A stretch of DNA of 35,723 bases from Candidatus Woesearchaeota archaeon (GTDB taxonomy: Archaea > Nanobdellota > Nanobdellia > Woesearchaeales > GW2011-AR4). The DNA lies in assembly GCA_018303645.1 (NCBI GenBank), contig JAGVXR010000056.1, positions 1 to 35,723 of the forward strand, in the 5' to 3' direction. Below, one piece after another: positions 1-9,216 of this stretch. A program made the translations under genes and the position numbers. The notes beneath the pieces are model-generated. The model was not told where the DNA came from, searched no databases, and was given only the letters and a program-made list of their open reading frames with translations. Position 1 is the stretch's first letter; each line of letters starts with the position of its first letter.

Positions 1-552
1 GGAATTTATTTTATTTAATGGCTTAAAAATTCTTAAATCGGCGCCGTTGGGTATTGTCGCAATTCTCCCTTTCCTTATCTTCTTTGCATTCTCGGCAAGA
101 ATATTGCTTGCGGCCATGACCAGATCTGAATTTCTCGTCACACGCCTTTCAAAGAATCCGAAAAAAGGAATCTTGTAGCTCTTGTAAACCAGATAATTGT
201 CCTGTACGTCATAAACGAATTTTATCTTGTATTTTTTCGCTATAAAATACCCTATAATGCCCCATAAAGGATCAGAAGTGGCTATCATTAAATCGTAATT
301 GTTTTTATTGATGATTTTTTTTAAATTTGAAATCAATGAAAATATTTTTACGGCATTAAATGGCCTTATAAAAACATCAATTCCGTGCAGCTTTGCATTC
401 CTGTTTTCAAGCTTTTTGTAGTCAGCGCAGAAAAAATCTATTTCATGACCGAATTTCCTCAGCTGCTCGAAAAGCCTTACCTGCCTTCCAAAATCTTCGC
501 CTATTATGTCCCTTGATGCAGTGTACCTGCTTGTGAATATTAGGATTTTCAT
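1..552 (-). CDS. Glycosyltransferase, probably GT4 (GT-B fold). This is the N-terminal part only; the 3' end runs off the window.
   Basis: Not in the ORF track. ATG at 552-550 on the minus strand. My translation is MKILIFTSRYTASRDIIGEDFGRQVRLFEQLRKFGHEIDFFCADY...IATIPNGADLRIFKP, open in frame to position 1. The pattern (short N-terminal beta strand, then ...IPNG.D...F) is typical of the GT4 N-terminal Rossmann half. The EX7E half lies outside the window. Confidence 0.5.
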   Translation of the reverse strand, partial: MKILIFTSRYTASRDIIGEDFGRQVRLFEQLRKFGHEIDFFCADYKKLENRNAKLHGIDVFIRPFNAVKIFSLISNLKKIINKNNYDLMIATSDPLWGIIGYFIAKKYKIKFVYDVQDNYLVYKSYKIPFFGFFERRVTRNSDLVMAASNILAENAKKIRKGRIATIPNGADLRIFKPLNKINS

Positions 553-579
553 TTGAGTGCAAATAATTAGTTGTTATTT

Positions 580-1440
580 TTAAGTATTTTGCATACTGCG
601 CATGCCCTTAAGACCTTCTTTCAGCCCTTTAAATTTCATGCCAAGCTCTTTTGCAGCTTTTTTGCTTATAAGGCCGCCATACTTGGGCCTTTTTGCTGTT
701 TGCTTCAAATCATAAGACTTCACGGGGATAATGAGCTTCTTTTCAAAATGAAATATTTTGCAAACATTAACGGCAATATCATACCTGTTTATAAAATCCG
801 GGCCGGATATGTTATAAATCCCTATTATACCTTTCTCGATGAGCTTAAGAGAGGCATTAGCCAGGTCAATTACATATGTGGGAGTGTAAAACTGGTCTAT
901 AGGGGCTTTAACCTCTTTGCCATTCCTTAGCTCTTCAATAAGCCTTGAGACAAAATTCAGCTTTCTTTTATTCCACCCATAAATGCTGCTCGTTCTTATA
1001 ATTATAAAATCATCAAGCTCTTTAACTAAATTTTCAGCTTCAAGCTTTTGCCTTCCATATTCGCTTGCGGGATTAGGTGCATCATTTTCCAGGTAAGGGC
1101 CTTTATTTCCATCAAAAATAGCATCGGAAGAAAAGAAAATTAACTTGCATTTGTTTTCCTTGCAGTAATCAGCGATATTCTTTGTTCCTAATACATTAGT
1201 TTTTCTGGATTTGCTTGGATTTTTTTCAATATAGTCAAGATTTGTAATGCCTGCCGGCAGGCATATGGCATTTGGCTTGATTTCTTTCAAAATTTTACTG
1301 GTCTCATTGAATTCTGCCAAATCAAGTTTTCTAAAAGATTTATCCTGTGTCGATGTCCCTATAGCTTCATGCTTCCTTCCAATTATGCTGAAAAGGTAGC
1401 TTCCGGTAAATCCTCCAGCACCAATTACCAATACTCTCAT
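580..1440 (-). CDS. RmlD-like NAD(P)-dependent sugar reductase (dTDP-4-dehydrorhamnose reductase family SDR)
   Basis: 286 aa. N-terminal MRVLVIGAGGFTGSYL Rossmann motif, FFSSDAIFDG, and a YGRQK catalytic Y-x3-K followed by LEAE, as in RmlD. Size fits RmlD rather than the extended dehydratases. Confidence 0.65.
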   Translation of the reverse strand: MRVLVIGAGGFTGSYLFSIIGRKHEAIGTSTQDKSFRKLDLAEFNETSKILKEIKPNAICLPAGITNLDYIEKNPSKSRKTNVLGTKNIADYCKENKCKLIFFSSDAIFDGNKGPYLENDAPNPASEYGRQKLEAENLVKELDDFIIIRTSSIYGWNKRKLNFVSRLIEELRNGKEVKAPIDQFYTPTYVIDLANASLKLIEKGIIGIYNISGPDFINRYDIAVNVCKIFHFEKKLIIPVKSYDLKQTAKRPKYGGLISKKAAKELGMKFKGLKEGLKGMRSMQNT

Positions 1441-1498
1441 TTTTTCAATTGTTTTTGCAATAATTTTGTTATTTGAATATAAATATTTATTTAAAAAA

Positions 1499-1966
1499 TT
1501 AAATTGGGCTTTTGGTCGAAATTCTATATTTGACTAGTTTAATAATGGAATAAACAGCTAAGGAAGCGATTGTTATTACCCAGTACTGCTCTGGCCAGAA
1601 AACGTCAAAAGAAAAGAAACCATTGGAGAACGGGTAAAGCAGAATTCCATCATTGTAATGCTTTGTAAAACTATCTGCAACAAGGTGCAGCATAAAACCC
1701 AATGCAATAAAGAGATATGTTTTTCTCCAATTATACTTAAATAATGGCGCAATAAGTCCGGGTATTATTATTCCCATAACTGGAGAATGGTATAACCAGG
1801 CGATAAAAATCAAGCTACCATTCACATGAAAAAAAGCAGGAAGCAAATTGATTTTTACAATGAAATCCGGCAGCAGCGAGCCTAATACAACTAGTCCCTT
1901 TTTGTTTATATTAAAAAGCTCGGCAAATATCAATCCAATAATTATGTGTGAAAGCCAGTCAGGCAT
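1499..1966 (-). CDS. Polytopic membrane protein, DUF457/YdjM-like putative membrane-bound metal-dependent hydrolase
   Basis: I moved the start to the internal ATG (MPDWLSHIIIGLIF...), giving an ATGxxTGA-type 8-nt overlap with the upstream gene. Several hydrophobic helices with conserved-looking His/Asp (HSPVMG, MLHLVADSFTKH). Confidence 0.45.
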   Translation of the reverse strand: MPDWLSHIIIGLIFAELFNINKKGLVVLGSLLPDFIVKINLLPAFFHVNGSLIFIAWLYHSPVMGIIIPGLIAPLFKYNWRKTYLFIALGFMLHLVADSFTKHYNDGILLYPFSNGFFSFDVFWPEQYWVITIASLAVYSIIKLVKYRISTKSPI

Positions 1967-2396
1967 TTTCAGCAAACCTCCACCCATCAAGCTTCCACTC
2001 CCGGAAAAAAATAAAAAGAAATAGGATGAAAGCAAAAAATGAAAGAATGTACTTTATGTAATTATATGAAAGATTATGTACCTGCAAAGCGGTAGCTGTG
2101 CCATCATGGTTAAGCCTGACCAATGTATAAACTTGCCCGAATTTTGGTTTTTCCATGCCGGGATAATGAATCTTAATAGGCTTTTGGTTGACTCTCATGT
2201 AAAAACTATTGGCCGTAATATTTATAATAGATCCGGTAAATTTTGTGTTTTGTCCTGCATACTTCGACGGATTACTCAAAAACTCGTCGCTGGATGGAGG
2301 ATAAAAGCCCTTCTTGAGGTAAAAATCAGCCGACAAAAGAAAAAATATGGTAAGCACAACAAGGTAAAGAATAGCATAAAATGGAGTTTTTGTCAT
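1959..2396 (-). CDS. Hypothetical membrane protein (N- and C-terminal TM helices flanking a small beta-rich domain)
   Basis: 145-aa ORF with TM segments YAILYLVVLTIFFLL and ILSFFAFILFLFIFF. It is co-directional with and overlaps the neighbouring genes. No family recognised. Confidence 0.4.
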   Translation of the reverse strand: MTKTPFYAILYLVVLTIFFLLSADFYLKKGFYPPSSDEFLSNPSKYAGQNTKFTGSIINITANSFYMRVNQKPIKIHYPGMEKPKFGQVYTLVRLNHDGTATALQVHNLSYNYIKYILSFFAFILFLFIFFREWKLDGWRFAENA

Positions 2397-2405
2397 TTTC
2401 TTTTT

Positions 2406-3632
2406 TTAAATTATTTTCGGCTCAGGTATAGGTATTATGAATCTGCCGCCTTTTTCTTTGTATGCTCTTTCTTGCCTCATTATTTCATCAGCGAAGTTCC
2501 ATGCAAGGATTAATATATAATCCGGCCTTTTTTTTAGAATTGCATCAGGGGAAAAAATAGGGATTCTTTTTCCAGGAGTATAAAGTCCTTGCTTTAATGG
2601 GCTTTTATCCACAATATAATCCAGGATTTCATTTCCCACGCCAGTATAATTAAGCAATGTATTGCCTTTTGCCGGAGCGCCATAGCCTGCTATGGTTTTT
2701 CCGGACATTTTCAATTTGCCCAATAAATCATTAAGTTTTACCTTAAGCTTTAGCGCTTTAGAGGAAAAATCCTCATAAGCCTTTCTTTTACCAAGCTCCA
2801 ATTTTTCTTCTAATGATACTAAATCGCTGACTCTTTTTTCTTTTTTGAATTTTCCTTTAGTGACGTAAAATCTTATAGAGCCGCCATGCATTTTTGTCCT
2901 TTTAACATCAAATAACTCCATACTATGCTTTTTAAAGAGGGAAATCAGTGGCTTTATAGCCAGATAATAAATATGCTCATGATAGATTGTGTCAAATTCC
3001 ATCTTTTCCATGAGGTCAGCAAGGTATGGTGATTCAAAAACTGCAAATCCATCCTTATCCAACAAAATTTTAACTGCCTCTATAAACTCATTCAAATTAG
3101 AGATGTGGGCGAAAATATTTGTGCCTATTATTGCATCAGCTTTTCCGTATTTTTTTACTATATCTTTTGCAGTCTCAATGTTAAAGAATCTATTAAGCGT
3201 GGGAATACCACCAGCAATCGCAATTTTAGCTATATTTGAGGCAGGCTCAATGCCAAGAATTTTATAGCTATAGAAGTTTTTCAGCAATGTGCCATCGTTG
3301 CTGGCTATCTCAACAATAAATGAATTTTTTTTTATTCTGGATTTTAAATCATCAGCAAATTCTTTGAATTGCTTTTTCAGTGTTTCAGAGGTTGAAGAGA
3401 CATATATATAATTCTCAAACAAAACCTTGGGATTAACAACATAGCCAATCTGCACAAAAAAGCATTCCTCGCAGAAATAGGCATCAAGCGGATAATAAAT
3501 TTCTTCTTCATTTAAATGTTCTTTTTTAATGAACTTATTGGCAAGAGGGGTTGGCCCTAATGACAAAAATTTGAACATATTTCTCGAGTTACACACTCTG
3601 CATTCTATTTCATTTTTATTTTTCAAAATCAT
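2406..3632 (-). CDS. SAM-dependent sugar C-methyltransferase (zinc-ribbon + class I MTase + C-methyltransferase C-terminal domain, TylCIII-like)
   Basis: 408 aa. N-terminal CRVCNS...YFCEECFFVQ four-Cys zinc-binding motif, a central Rossmann MTase region (VEIASNDG), and a C-terminal GYGAPAKGNTLLNY...IVDKSPLKQGLYTPG..IPI segment typical of NDP-hexose C-methyltransferases. Confidence 0.7.
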   Translation of the reverse strand: MILKNKNEIECRVCNSRNMFKFLSLGPTPLANKFIKKEHLNEEEIYYPLDAYFCEECFFVQIGYVVNPKVLFENYIYVSSTSETLKKQFKEFADDLKSRIKKNSFIVEIASNDGTLLKNFYSYKILGIEPASNIAKIAIAGGIPTLNRFFNIETAKDIVKKYGKADAIIGTNIFAHISNLNEFIEAVKILLDKDGFAVFESPYLADLMEKMEFDTIYHEHIYYLAIKPLISLFKKHSMELFDVKRTKMHGGSIRFYVTKGKFKKEKRVSDLVSLEEKLELGKRKAYEDFSSKALKLKVKLNDLLGKLKMSGKTIAGYGAPAKGNTLLNYTGVGNEILDYIVDKSPLKQGLYTPGKRIPIFSPDAILKKRPDYILILAWNFADEIMRQERAYKEKGGRFIIPIPEPKII

Positions 3633-4980
3633 CTTTTAACCCAACCCCGATATATTTTATTTTATTCATATTGTTTGGATTATATATCCTTCTGCAATCT
3701 ATAACCACAGTATCTTTCATAAATTTTTTAAAGTCATCTTGAGAAATCTTGAAATAATCTTCCCATGAGGTCACTACAAAGCAGGCATCTGTTCCCTTCA
3801 GGGCATCAAAAACATCATCGCAAAACTCCAGGTTTTTTTCATTTCCTAAAATCTTTTTTGTATTCTCTATGGCAACCGGATCGTGCGCCTTGACTTTTGT
3901 TTTTCTCATCAATAACTCTGAAATCAGCTTGATGGAGGGTGACTCCCTGATATCATCAGTATCAGGCTTAAATGAAAGGCCCAAAACCGCTACACTCCTG
4001 CCTTTTAAGCTTCCAATTGATTCTTCAACTCTTTTTATTAGATTTGTGATCCGGAAATCATTAACATACAATATCGATTCTAAAAGATTCGGTTTATAAT
4101 CCAGATTTTTCGAGAATTGTATAAAAGCCCTTAAGTCCTTTGGAAAGCAGCTGCCGCCAAAACCGCAGCCGGCTTTTAGGTAATGGGTTATGCCGGGCTT
4201 AAGCCTTTTTCCGTCAATTAAGGGGCTTATTCTTCTATCGAGCCAAAGGGCATTCAATACCTCTTCTGCATCTGCCTTTTCACCTGCAATCTCACAAATA
4301 TTCGCAACCTCATTGGAGAATGATATTAATAACGGAAAAAAAGAATTTGACGTATATTTTACAATTTCCGCTGTAGTTAGATTAGTATTGATAATATCGG
4401 CATTTTCAAACATAGCAGTATAAAACTCACCCATTATCTTTTTCTCTTTATCGCTAAAACTTCCTATAACAACCCTATCCGGATTAAGAAAATCTTCTAC
4501 AGCAGAGCCTTCCCTGAGGAATTCAGGGTTCATGCACAACCCAAAATCTTTTCCTGCATTTTTATTGGAAAATTTTTCCAGTATTGGGAGTACAATATTC
4601 TTTGTTGTTCCGGGAAGGACAGTGCTCTTGACAACTATAACAGGGTATCTTCGGCCTTCTTTTAATAAGCTTCCAATCTTTTCTGCTGATTTTTTTACAT
4701 AACTGAGATCTATGCCATTTCCTGTTGTTGGTGTGCCTATGCATATAAAAATAATCTCATAATCATTTAAATCATTCAATTCATCAGAAAAATGAACTAC
4801 ATCTTTTGTCTCTATCAAAAGTTCTTTTATATCAGGCTCATAGAAAGTCAACTTTCCGTTCTTAAGCCTGTTGATCTTATTACTATCAATATCAAAGAAA
4901 TAAACTTGATGTCCCAGCTTTGCAAAGCAAAGGCCAGTCACTAAGCCTACATAACCCACCCCCACAATTATTATGTTCAT
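3616..4980 (-). CDS. ugd: UDP-glucose 6-dehydrogenase
   Basis: 454 aa. MNIIIVGVGYVGLVTG NAD motif, KSTVLPGTT, NPEFLREG, catalytic GFGGSCFPKD, and a C-terminal LGLSFKPDTDDIRESPS UDP-binding motif. Confidence 0.85.
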   Translation of the reverse strand: MNIIIVGVGYVGLVTGLCFAKLGHQVYFFDIDSNKINRLKNGKLTFYEPDIKELLIETKDVVHFSDELNDLNDYEIIFICIGTPTTGNGIDLSYVKKSAEKIGSLLKEGRRYPVIVVKSTVLPGTTKNIVLPILEKFSNKNAGKDFGLCMNPEFLREGSAVEDFLNPDRVVIGSFSDKEKKIMGEFYTAMFENADIINTNLTTAEIVKYTSNSFFPLLISFSNEVANICEIAGEKADAEEVLNALWLDRRISPLIDGKRLKPGITHYLKAGCGFGGSCFPKDLRAFIQFSKNLDYKPNLLESILYVNDFRITNLIKRVEESIGSLKGRSVAVLGLSFKPDTDDIRESPSIKLISELLMRKTKVKAHDPVAIENTKKILGNEKNLEFCDDVFDALKGTDACFVVTSWEDYFKISQDDFKKFMKDTVVIDCRRIYNPNNMNKIKYIGVGLKDDFEK

Positions 4981-4997
4981 CTTAAATCATCCAAAAA

Positions 4998-6059
4998 CTA
5001 AGAGCCCATATTTTGCCTATGCCACCTTATTGTCCTGGATAAGCCTTCTTTTAAATTAACTTTCGGCTTGTAGTTCAGTTTCACCTTCATTTTTGTTATA
5101 TCTGGGCATCTTCTTTGCGGATTATCTTTAAGGTAATTTTTATCCTCACTTTTTTTATATGAGATTTTAAGCTTTTTATTGGTAAGGCTAATTATCATTT
5201 CTGCCAATTCTTTCATGCTTATCTCTTCCTGGTCATTTCCCACATTAAAGACTTCCCCATTAAAATTTGATAATAGGACTTTAAAATGCCCTGCCACAGC
5301 GTCTGATATATAGCAGAAGCTTCGTGTTGCTTTTCCGTTGCTATAAAGCTTGATGTCATCATTATTAAGCGCGTCCCTTAATAAATCCGGGATTATCCTC
5401 CTGTCATTTAAATGCAGCCTGGGTCCGTAAAAATTGAAAGGCCTGGTTATCTTTACAGGAACAGAATAAATCTTATTATAATTTATGCAAAGCGTTTCCC
5501 CAAAGCGTTTTGACTCATCATAGCATGCCCTAGGGCCAATACATGAAACATTTCCATTAAAGTCCTCTTTTGTCGGGATGAACTCAATAGGCGGATCCCC
5601 ATAAACTTCGCTCGTACTTATAAACAAAAAGCTTTTTACATCCTTCTTTCTTGCAAGCTCTAGCATGTTTCTTGTTCCATTCACGTTCACATCCATTGTT
5701 TCTATTGGGTATTTTCTATAAAAAGTGGGCGACGCAATGCTGGCCCCATGAATTATGAAATCAGCATCTTCTATTATTTTTTCATTAGACAAGTCTTTTT
5801 CTAAAATCTTGAGATTTTTGCTTTCTGTCAAATGAGATAAATTTTTTTTTACACCGGTTACAAGATTATCAACTCCAATAATCTTGCATTGGTCCTTAAA
5901 CCTAGTTTTATTTAGATATTCTATAAAATCCACAAAATAACTGCAGACAAAGCCGGCTGCACCAGTTATCAATATTCTGGAGCCTTCAAGCTTATCCACA
6001 AAATCTTCAACTTCCATGGCAGAGCCGCCAATATCCTCTTCAATAATTTCATGCACCAT
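4998..6059 (-). CDS. Extended SDR, UDP-glucuronate decarboxylase (UXS)-like NAD-dependent epimerase/dehydratase
   Basis: 353 aa. [32 protein letters not shown] (Y-x3-K), RPFNFYGP. It is a paralogue of the 8279-9211 gene. The true start may be the internal Met (MEVEDF...). Confidence 0.7.
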   Translation of the reverse strand: MVHEIIEEDIGGSAMEVEDFVDKLEGSRILITGAAGFVCSYFVDFIEYLNKTRFKDQCKIIGVDNLVTGVKKNLSHLTESKNLKILEKDLSNEKIIEDADFIIHGASIASPTFYRKYPIETMDVNVNGTRNMLELARKKDVKSFLFISTSEVYGDPPIEFIPTKEDFNGNVSCIGPRACYDESKRFGETLCINYNKIYSVPVKITRPFNFYGPRLHLNDRRIIPDLLRDALNNDDIKLYSNGKATRSFCYISDAVAGHFKVLLSNFNGEVFNVGNDQEEISMKELAEMIISLTNKKLKISYKKSEDKNYLKDNPQRRCPDITKMKVKLNYKPKVNLKEGLSRTIRWHRQNMGS

Positions 6060-6065
6060 AAAAAT

Positions 6066-6848
6066 TCACCAGACTTTCCACTTGGCATTGCCCTCTTCCC
6101 ACATTTTATTTAAATCAAGATAATCCTTGTAAGTGTCCATACAATACCAGGTTCCAGAAAACTTGAACATAGCAAGCTCTTTTTTTTCAGATATTTTAGG
6201 CAAAGCATCTTGTTCTAAAGGAAGGTCTTCATCGATAAACTTAAAAATGTCCTTGTTAAACACAAAAAACCCCCCATTTACCCAGCTTTCAAGCAATGAT
6301 TTTTCAGTAAAGTGAAATACTATGTCATCTTTATCTAATTCCATAACTCCATATTTTGAATGCGGATGCACCCCCGTTACAGTAGCTATCTTGCCTTTTG
6401 AGCGATGAAAATCCACTATCTCCATTATGTTTATATCCGCAACGCCATCCCCATATGTGCATAAGAAATAATCTGTTTTTATATAGGGTTCAATTTTTTT
6501 TATCCTGCCTCCGGTTGTAGCATCCATTCCCGTATCAACGAATGTTATTCTCCAATCTTCCACAGAATTTTTGTCCCTATTAATCTTTATTTCCCCCGAT
6601 TTCATCCTAAGCTCGAAATCATGGGTTTTTGTCGCAAGATCATGAAAATAATCTTTTATCATATTTCCTTTATAGCCGAGGCACAAAATAAAATTGTTGT
6701 ACCCATAAGCAGAGTAGATTTTCATTATATGCCACAAAATTGGTTTGCCGCCAACCTCGACAAGAGGCTTTGGCATGAACTCAGTCTGCTCCCTAAGCCT
6801 GGTTCCCATTCCACCGCATAAAATAACGACAGGTATGTTTTCATCCAT
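6066..6848 (-). CDS. rfbF: Glucose-1-phosphate cytidylyltransferase
   Basis: 260 aa. VVILCGGMGTRLREQTEFMPKPLVEVGGKPILWHIMKIYSAYGYNNFILCLGYKG is a near-textbook RfbF N-terminus. The length also fits. Confidence 0.85.
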   Translation of the reverse strand: MDENIPVVILCGGMGTRLREQTEFMPKPLVEVGGKPILWHIMKIYSAYGYNNFILCLGYKGNMIKDYFHDLATKTHDFELRMKSGEIKINRDKNSVEDWRITFVDTGMDATTGGRIKKIEPYIKTDYFLCTYGDGVADINIMEIVDFHRSKGKIATVTGVHPHSKYGVMELDKDDIVFHFTEKSLLESWVNGGFFVFNKDIFKFIDEDLPLEQDALPKISEKKELAMFKFSGTWYCMDTYKDYLDLNKMWEEGNAKWKVW

Positions 6849-7527
6849 TTTTCAAAGTTTTAAGCCTATATTTCAGTAAATCTACTAACATAGACCATAT
6901 AACGCTGAAGCCCACATGGGACTTGCTCCCCTTGCGCTCTCCATGCTCTACAGGAATCTCTATTACTTTATAATTCTTTTTTTTTGCCTTGTAGAGCATC
7001 TCAACATTTATGGTCCAATTCCTAAGCTGCGGATTTATATCTTCGTAAACACTTCTTTTCATTATTATTGGGTAACCGTTTATATCCTTTATCTTTATCA
7101 TGAACAATGTTATAACTAAAAACCTATACACCCTTGAAGCAAATCTTCGAAACCATTTTTTGTATTTTAGTCTTCTATCACCTTTGCAAAAATCCATCTT
7201 TCTTTTGAATGCTATATTATACATCTTTATCATTTCTGATGGATTTACTTGATTATCAGCGCACGTTATCCCAACAAAGTCCCCTTTCGTAGCAGATAAG
7301 CCTGCTATTACACCACCACCAAAAGTCTGATTTTCTCTTAATTTTACCACCTTTATATTCTTATCCTTGAGATTATTTAATATCTTAAGAGTATTATCAG
7401 AAGATCCATTATCTACAAGAACCATTTCAAACTTTATCTTACTCTTATAAAGCTCTTTTAATGTGGAGTTCACAGTCTGCTTAATAATCGACTCTTCATT
7501 ATATGCTGGAATAACTATTGATAGCAT
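6841..7527 (-). CDS. Family 2 glycosyltransferase
   Basis: Start moved to MLSIVIPAYNEE (the ORF-track start at 7596 would overlap the upstream gene by 26 nt). Motifs are IVIPAYNEE and VLVDNGSSD.T, with a CADNQ stretch standing in for the DxD region. All are GT2 (GT-A) hallmarks. Confidence 0.75.
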   Translation of the reverse strand: MLSIVIPAYNEESIIKQTVNSTLKELYKSKIKFEMVLVDNGSSDNTLKILNNLKDKNIKVVKLRENQTFGGGVIAGLSATKGDFVGITCADNQVNPSEMIKMYNIAFKRKMDFCKGDRRLKYKKWFRRFASRVYRFLVITLFMIKIKDINGYPIIMKRSVYEDINPQLRNWTINVEMLYKAKKKNYKVIEIPVEHGERKGSKSHVGFSVIWSMLVDLLKYRLKTLKNG

Positions 7528-7570
7528 TATAAATCCTCCTAAAAAATGCTCATTAAAAATCTTTCTATTA

Positions 7571-8176
7571 TCATGATTTTTTAAGGACAAAAACACATAA
7601 AGTATATGGCCCTGAACGTATCTTATAGTTTTCTTTGATTTTAAAATGATTTTTCAAAAGAATTTTGAGTTGCTCACTCCCCCTTAAAAATTTCCCTCTG
7701 TCAAATTTCACCAAAACCTTCGCAAAAAATTTTTTTTGTTCATCAGAAGGCAATTGATCATAAAGAAGAACTTCTCCAGAATCAGATAATACCCTATTAA
7801 GCTCCATTAGAATTTGTTTGATGCTGTTATCGCTAATGTGGTGCAAGACGCCAAAAACCAGTATTTTGTCAAAATATGAGCCTCTAAATGGCAAAGATTT
7901 GCCTTCTTCTACTTTAATGAAATTATAACCCTTAAATCTGGATTTATTAAATTCAATAAACTTATCATCTATATCCACTCCCGTATATTGTGACATATCA
8001 AAAAGCAAACAAAAATCTCCGGTTCCGCACCCGAAATCCAGCATTTTCGAATTTTTGTTGAGTTTAATGCGTTTTCTTATAACATTCTTCTCAGAAATAA
8101 GATTATTTTGGAGTTTATTCCTGAAAATCAGAAAAAATCTCGGATTCCTAAAAAAATAGTCTATAACTTTCTGCAT
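7571..8176 (-). CDS. Class I SAM-dependent methyltransferase
   Basis: 201 aa. Motif I MLDFGCGTGDF, and the post-I/II spacing with ILVFGVLHHI typical of the Methyltransf_11/25 type. Confidence 0.7.
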   Translation of the reverse strand: MQKVIDYFFRNPRFFLIFRNKLQNNLISEKNVIRKRIKLNKNSKMLDFGCGTGDFCLLFDMSQYTGVDIDDKFIEFNKSRFKGYNFIKVEEGKSLPFRGSYFDKILVFGVLHHISDNSIKQILMELNRVLSDSGEVLLYDQLPSDEQKKFFAKVLVKFDRGKFLRGSEQLKILLKNHFKIKENYKIRSGPYTLCVFVLKKS

Positions 8177-8242
8177 TTTATTGCTTTAAGGAAATGATAT
8201 TTTAACTATAAATCTTTCGTTTATCCTGCCTGTAAAAAGTAC

Positions 8243-8258
8243 GTAAGCTTTATATATA
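8243..8258 (+). promoter_or_regulatory. Candidate archaeal TATA box for the uxs gene
   Basis: The element aagctttatatatacc ends about 20-25 nt upstream of the ATG at 8279, which is short-leader/leaderless geometry. It lies in the divergent 8177-8278 spacer. Confidence 0.35.
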
Positions 8259-8278
8259 CCTCAAAAATCTACGTTCTC

Positions 8279-9211
8279 ATGAAAAATGTTTTGCTGACAG
8301 GGGGAGCTGGTTTTATAGGCTCTCATTTATGTGATTTTCTGCTTTCTAAAGGGTTTAAAGTTATATGCATGGACAACTTAATCACCGGAAATTTAAAAAA
8401 TATTAATCATTTAAGGCAAAATAAAGATTTTAAAATGGTTAATCATGATGTAAGTGCGCATATAACACTAGAAGAGGATTTAGACTATGTTTTGCATTTT
8501 GCAAGCCCTGCTTCTCCAATAGATTATCAGAAAATACCAATCCAGACTTTGAAGGCAGGCAGCCTGGGAACGCATAATACTTTAGGCTTGGCGCTGGCAA
8601 AAAAGGCAAAATACATGCTAGCCTCAACTTCAGAGGTTTACGGAGACCCTTTAGTAAAGCCGCAGCCAGAAACTTACTGGGGAAACGTAAATCCTATCGG
8701 CCCAAGAGGCTGCTATGACGAAGCTAAAAGATTTGCAGAGGCATTAACAATAGCCTACCATAGGATTCACAAGCTCGATACGCGAATTGTTAGGATTTTT
8801 AATACCTATGGACCAAGAATGAGAAAAAACGATGGTAGGGCAGTCCCGAATTTTATAGCCCAGGCTTTAAAAAATCAGCCCATTACTGTTTACGGCAGCG
8901 GAAAACAAACAAGAAGCTTTTGCTTCATCTCAGATTTGATTGAGGGGATTTTCAGGCTAATGAAATCTAACATTGACAATCCTGTCAATCTTGGGAATCC
9001 TCAGGAATTAACTATTTTAGAATTAGCTGAAATAATAAAAGAATCAACAAAATCAAGCAGCAAAATTGTATTTAAAAAATTGCCGAAAGATGACCCTCAA
9101 ATAAGATGCCCGGATATCAGCCTTGCTAAAAGCAAATTGAAATGGGAGCCAAAAATAAGCTTAGATGAAGGCCTTAATAAAACAATAGGCTTTTTCAAAG
9201 ATCGACAATAA
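8279..9211 (+). CDS. uxs: UDP-glucuronate decarboxylase (UDP-xylose synthase)
   Basis: 310 aa. [53 protein letters not shown]. Confidence 0.85.
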   Translation: MKNVLLTGGAGFIGSHLCDFLLSKGFKVICMDNLITGNLKNINHLRQNKDFKMVNHDVSAHITLEEDLDYVLHFASPASPIDYQKIPIQTLKAGSLGTHNTLGLALAKKAKYMLASTSEVYGDPLVKPQPETYWGNVNPIGPRGCYDEAKRFAEALTIAYHRIHKLDTRIVRIFNTYGPRMRKNDGRAVPNFIAQALKNQPITVYGSGKQTRSFCFISDLIEGIFRLMKSNIDNPVNLGNPQELTILELAEIIKESTKSSSKIVFKKLPKDDPQIRCPDISLAKSKLKWEPKISLDEGLNKTIGFFKDRQ

Positions 9212-9216
9212 AATCC

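Noticed and set aside
571-930. The many 60-145-aa ORFs in the supplied track that lie antisense to or out of frame with long genes. Examples: 571-930, 2076-2513, 2989-3267, 3869-4099, 4190-4423, 4562-4744, 6133-6315, 6621-6821, 6916-7119, 8439-8627, 9593-9820, 9916-10107, 10325-10584, 10919-11158, 11211-11438, 11684-12331, 14023-14217, 16381-17111, 17136-17456, 18030-18296, 18415-18799, 19070-19306, 20690-20872, 20963-21151, 21486-22024, 22785-22991, 23465-23656, 24353-24568, 24824-28538, 28918-29115, 29241-29646, 30332-30897, 30915-31782, 32048-32564, 33692-34111.
   Set aside because: Each is fully embedded in a longer ORF with clear family motifs. Their translations are low-complexity, Leu/Phe/Ser/Ile-rich sequences typical of antisense frames in AT-rich DNA, and none shows a recognisable motif.
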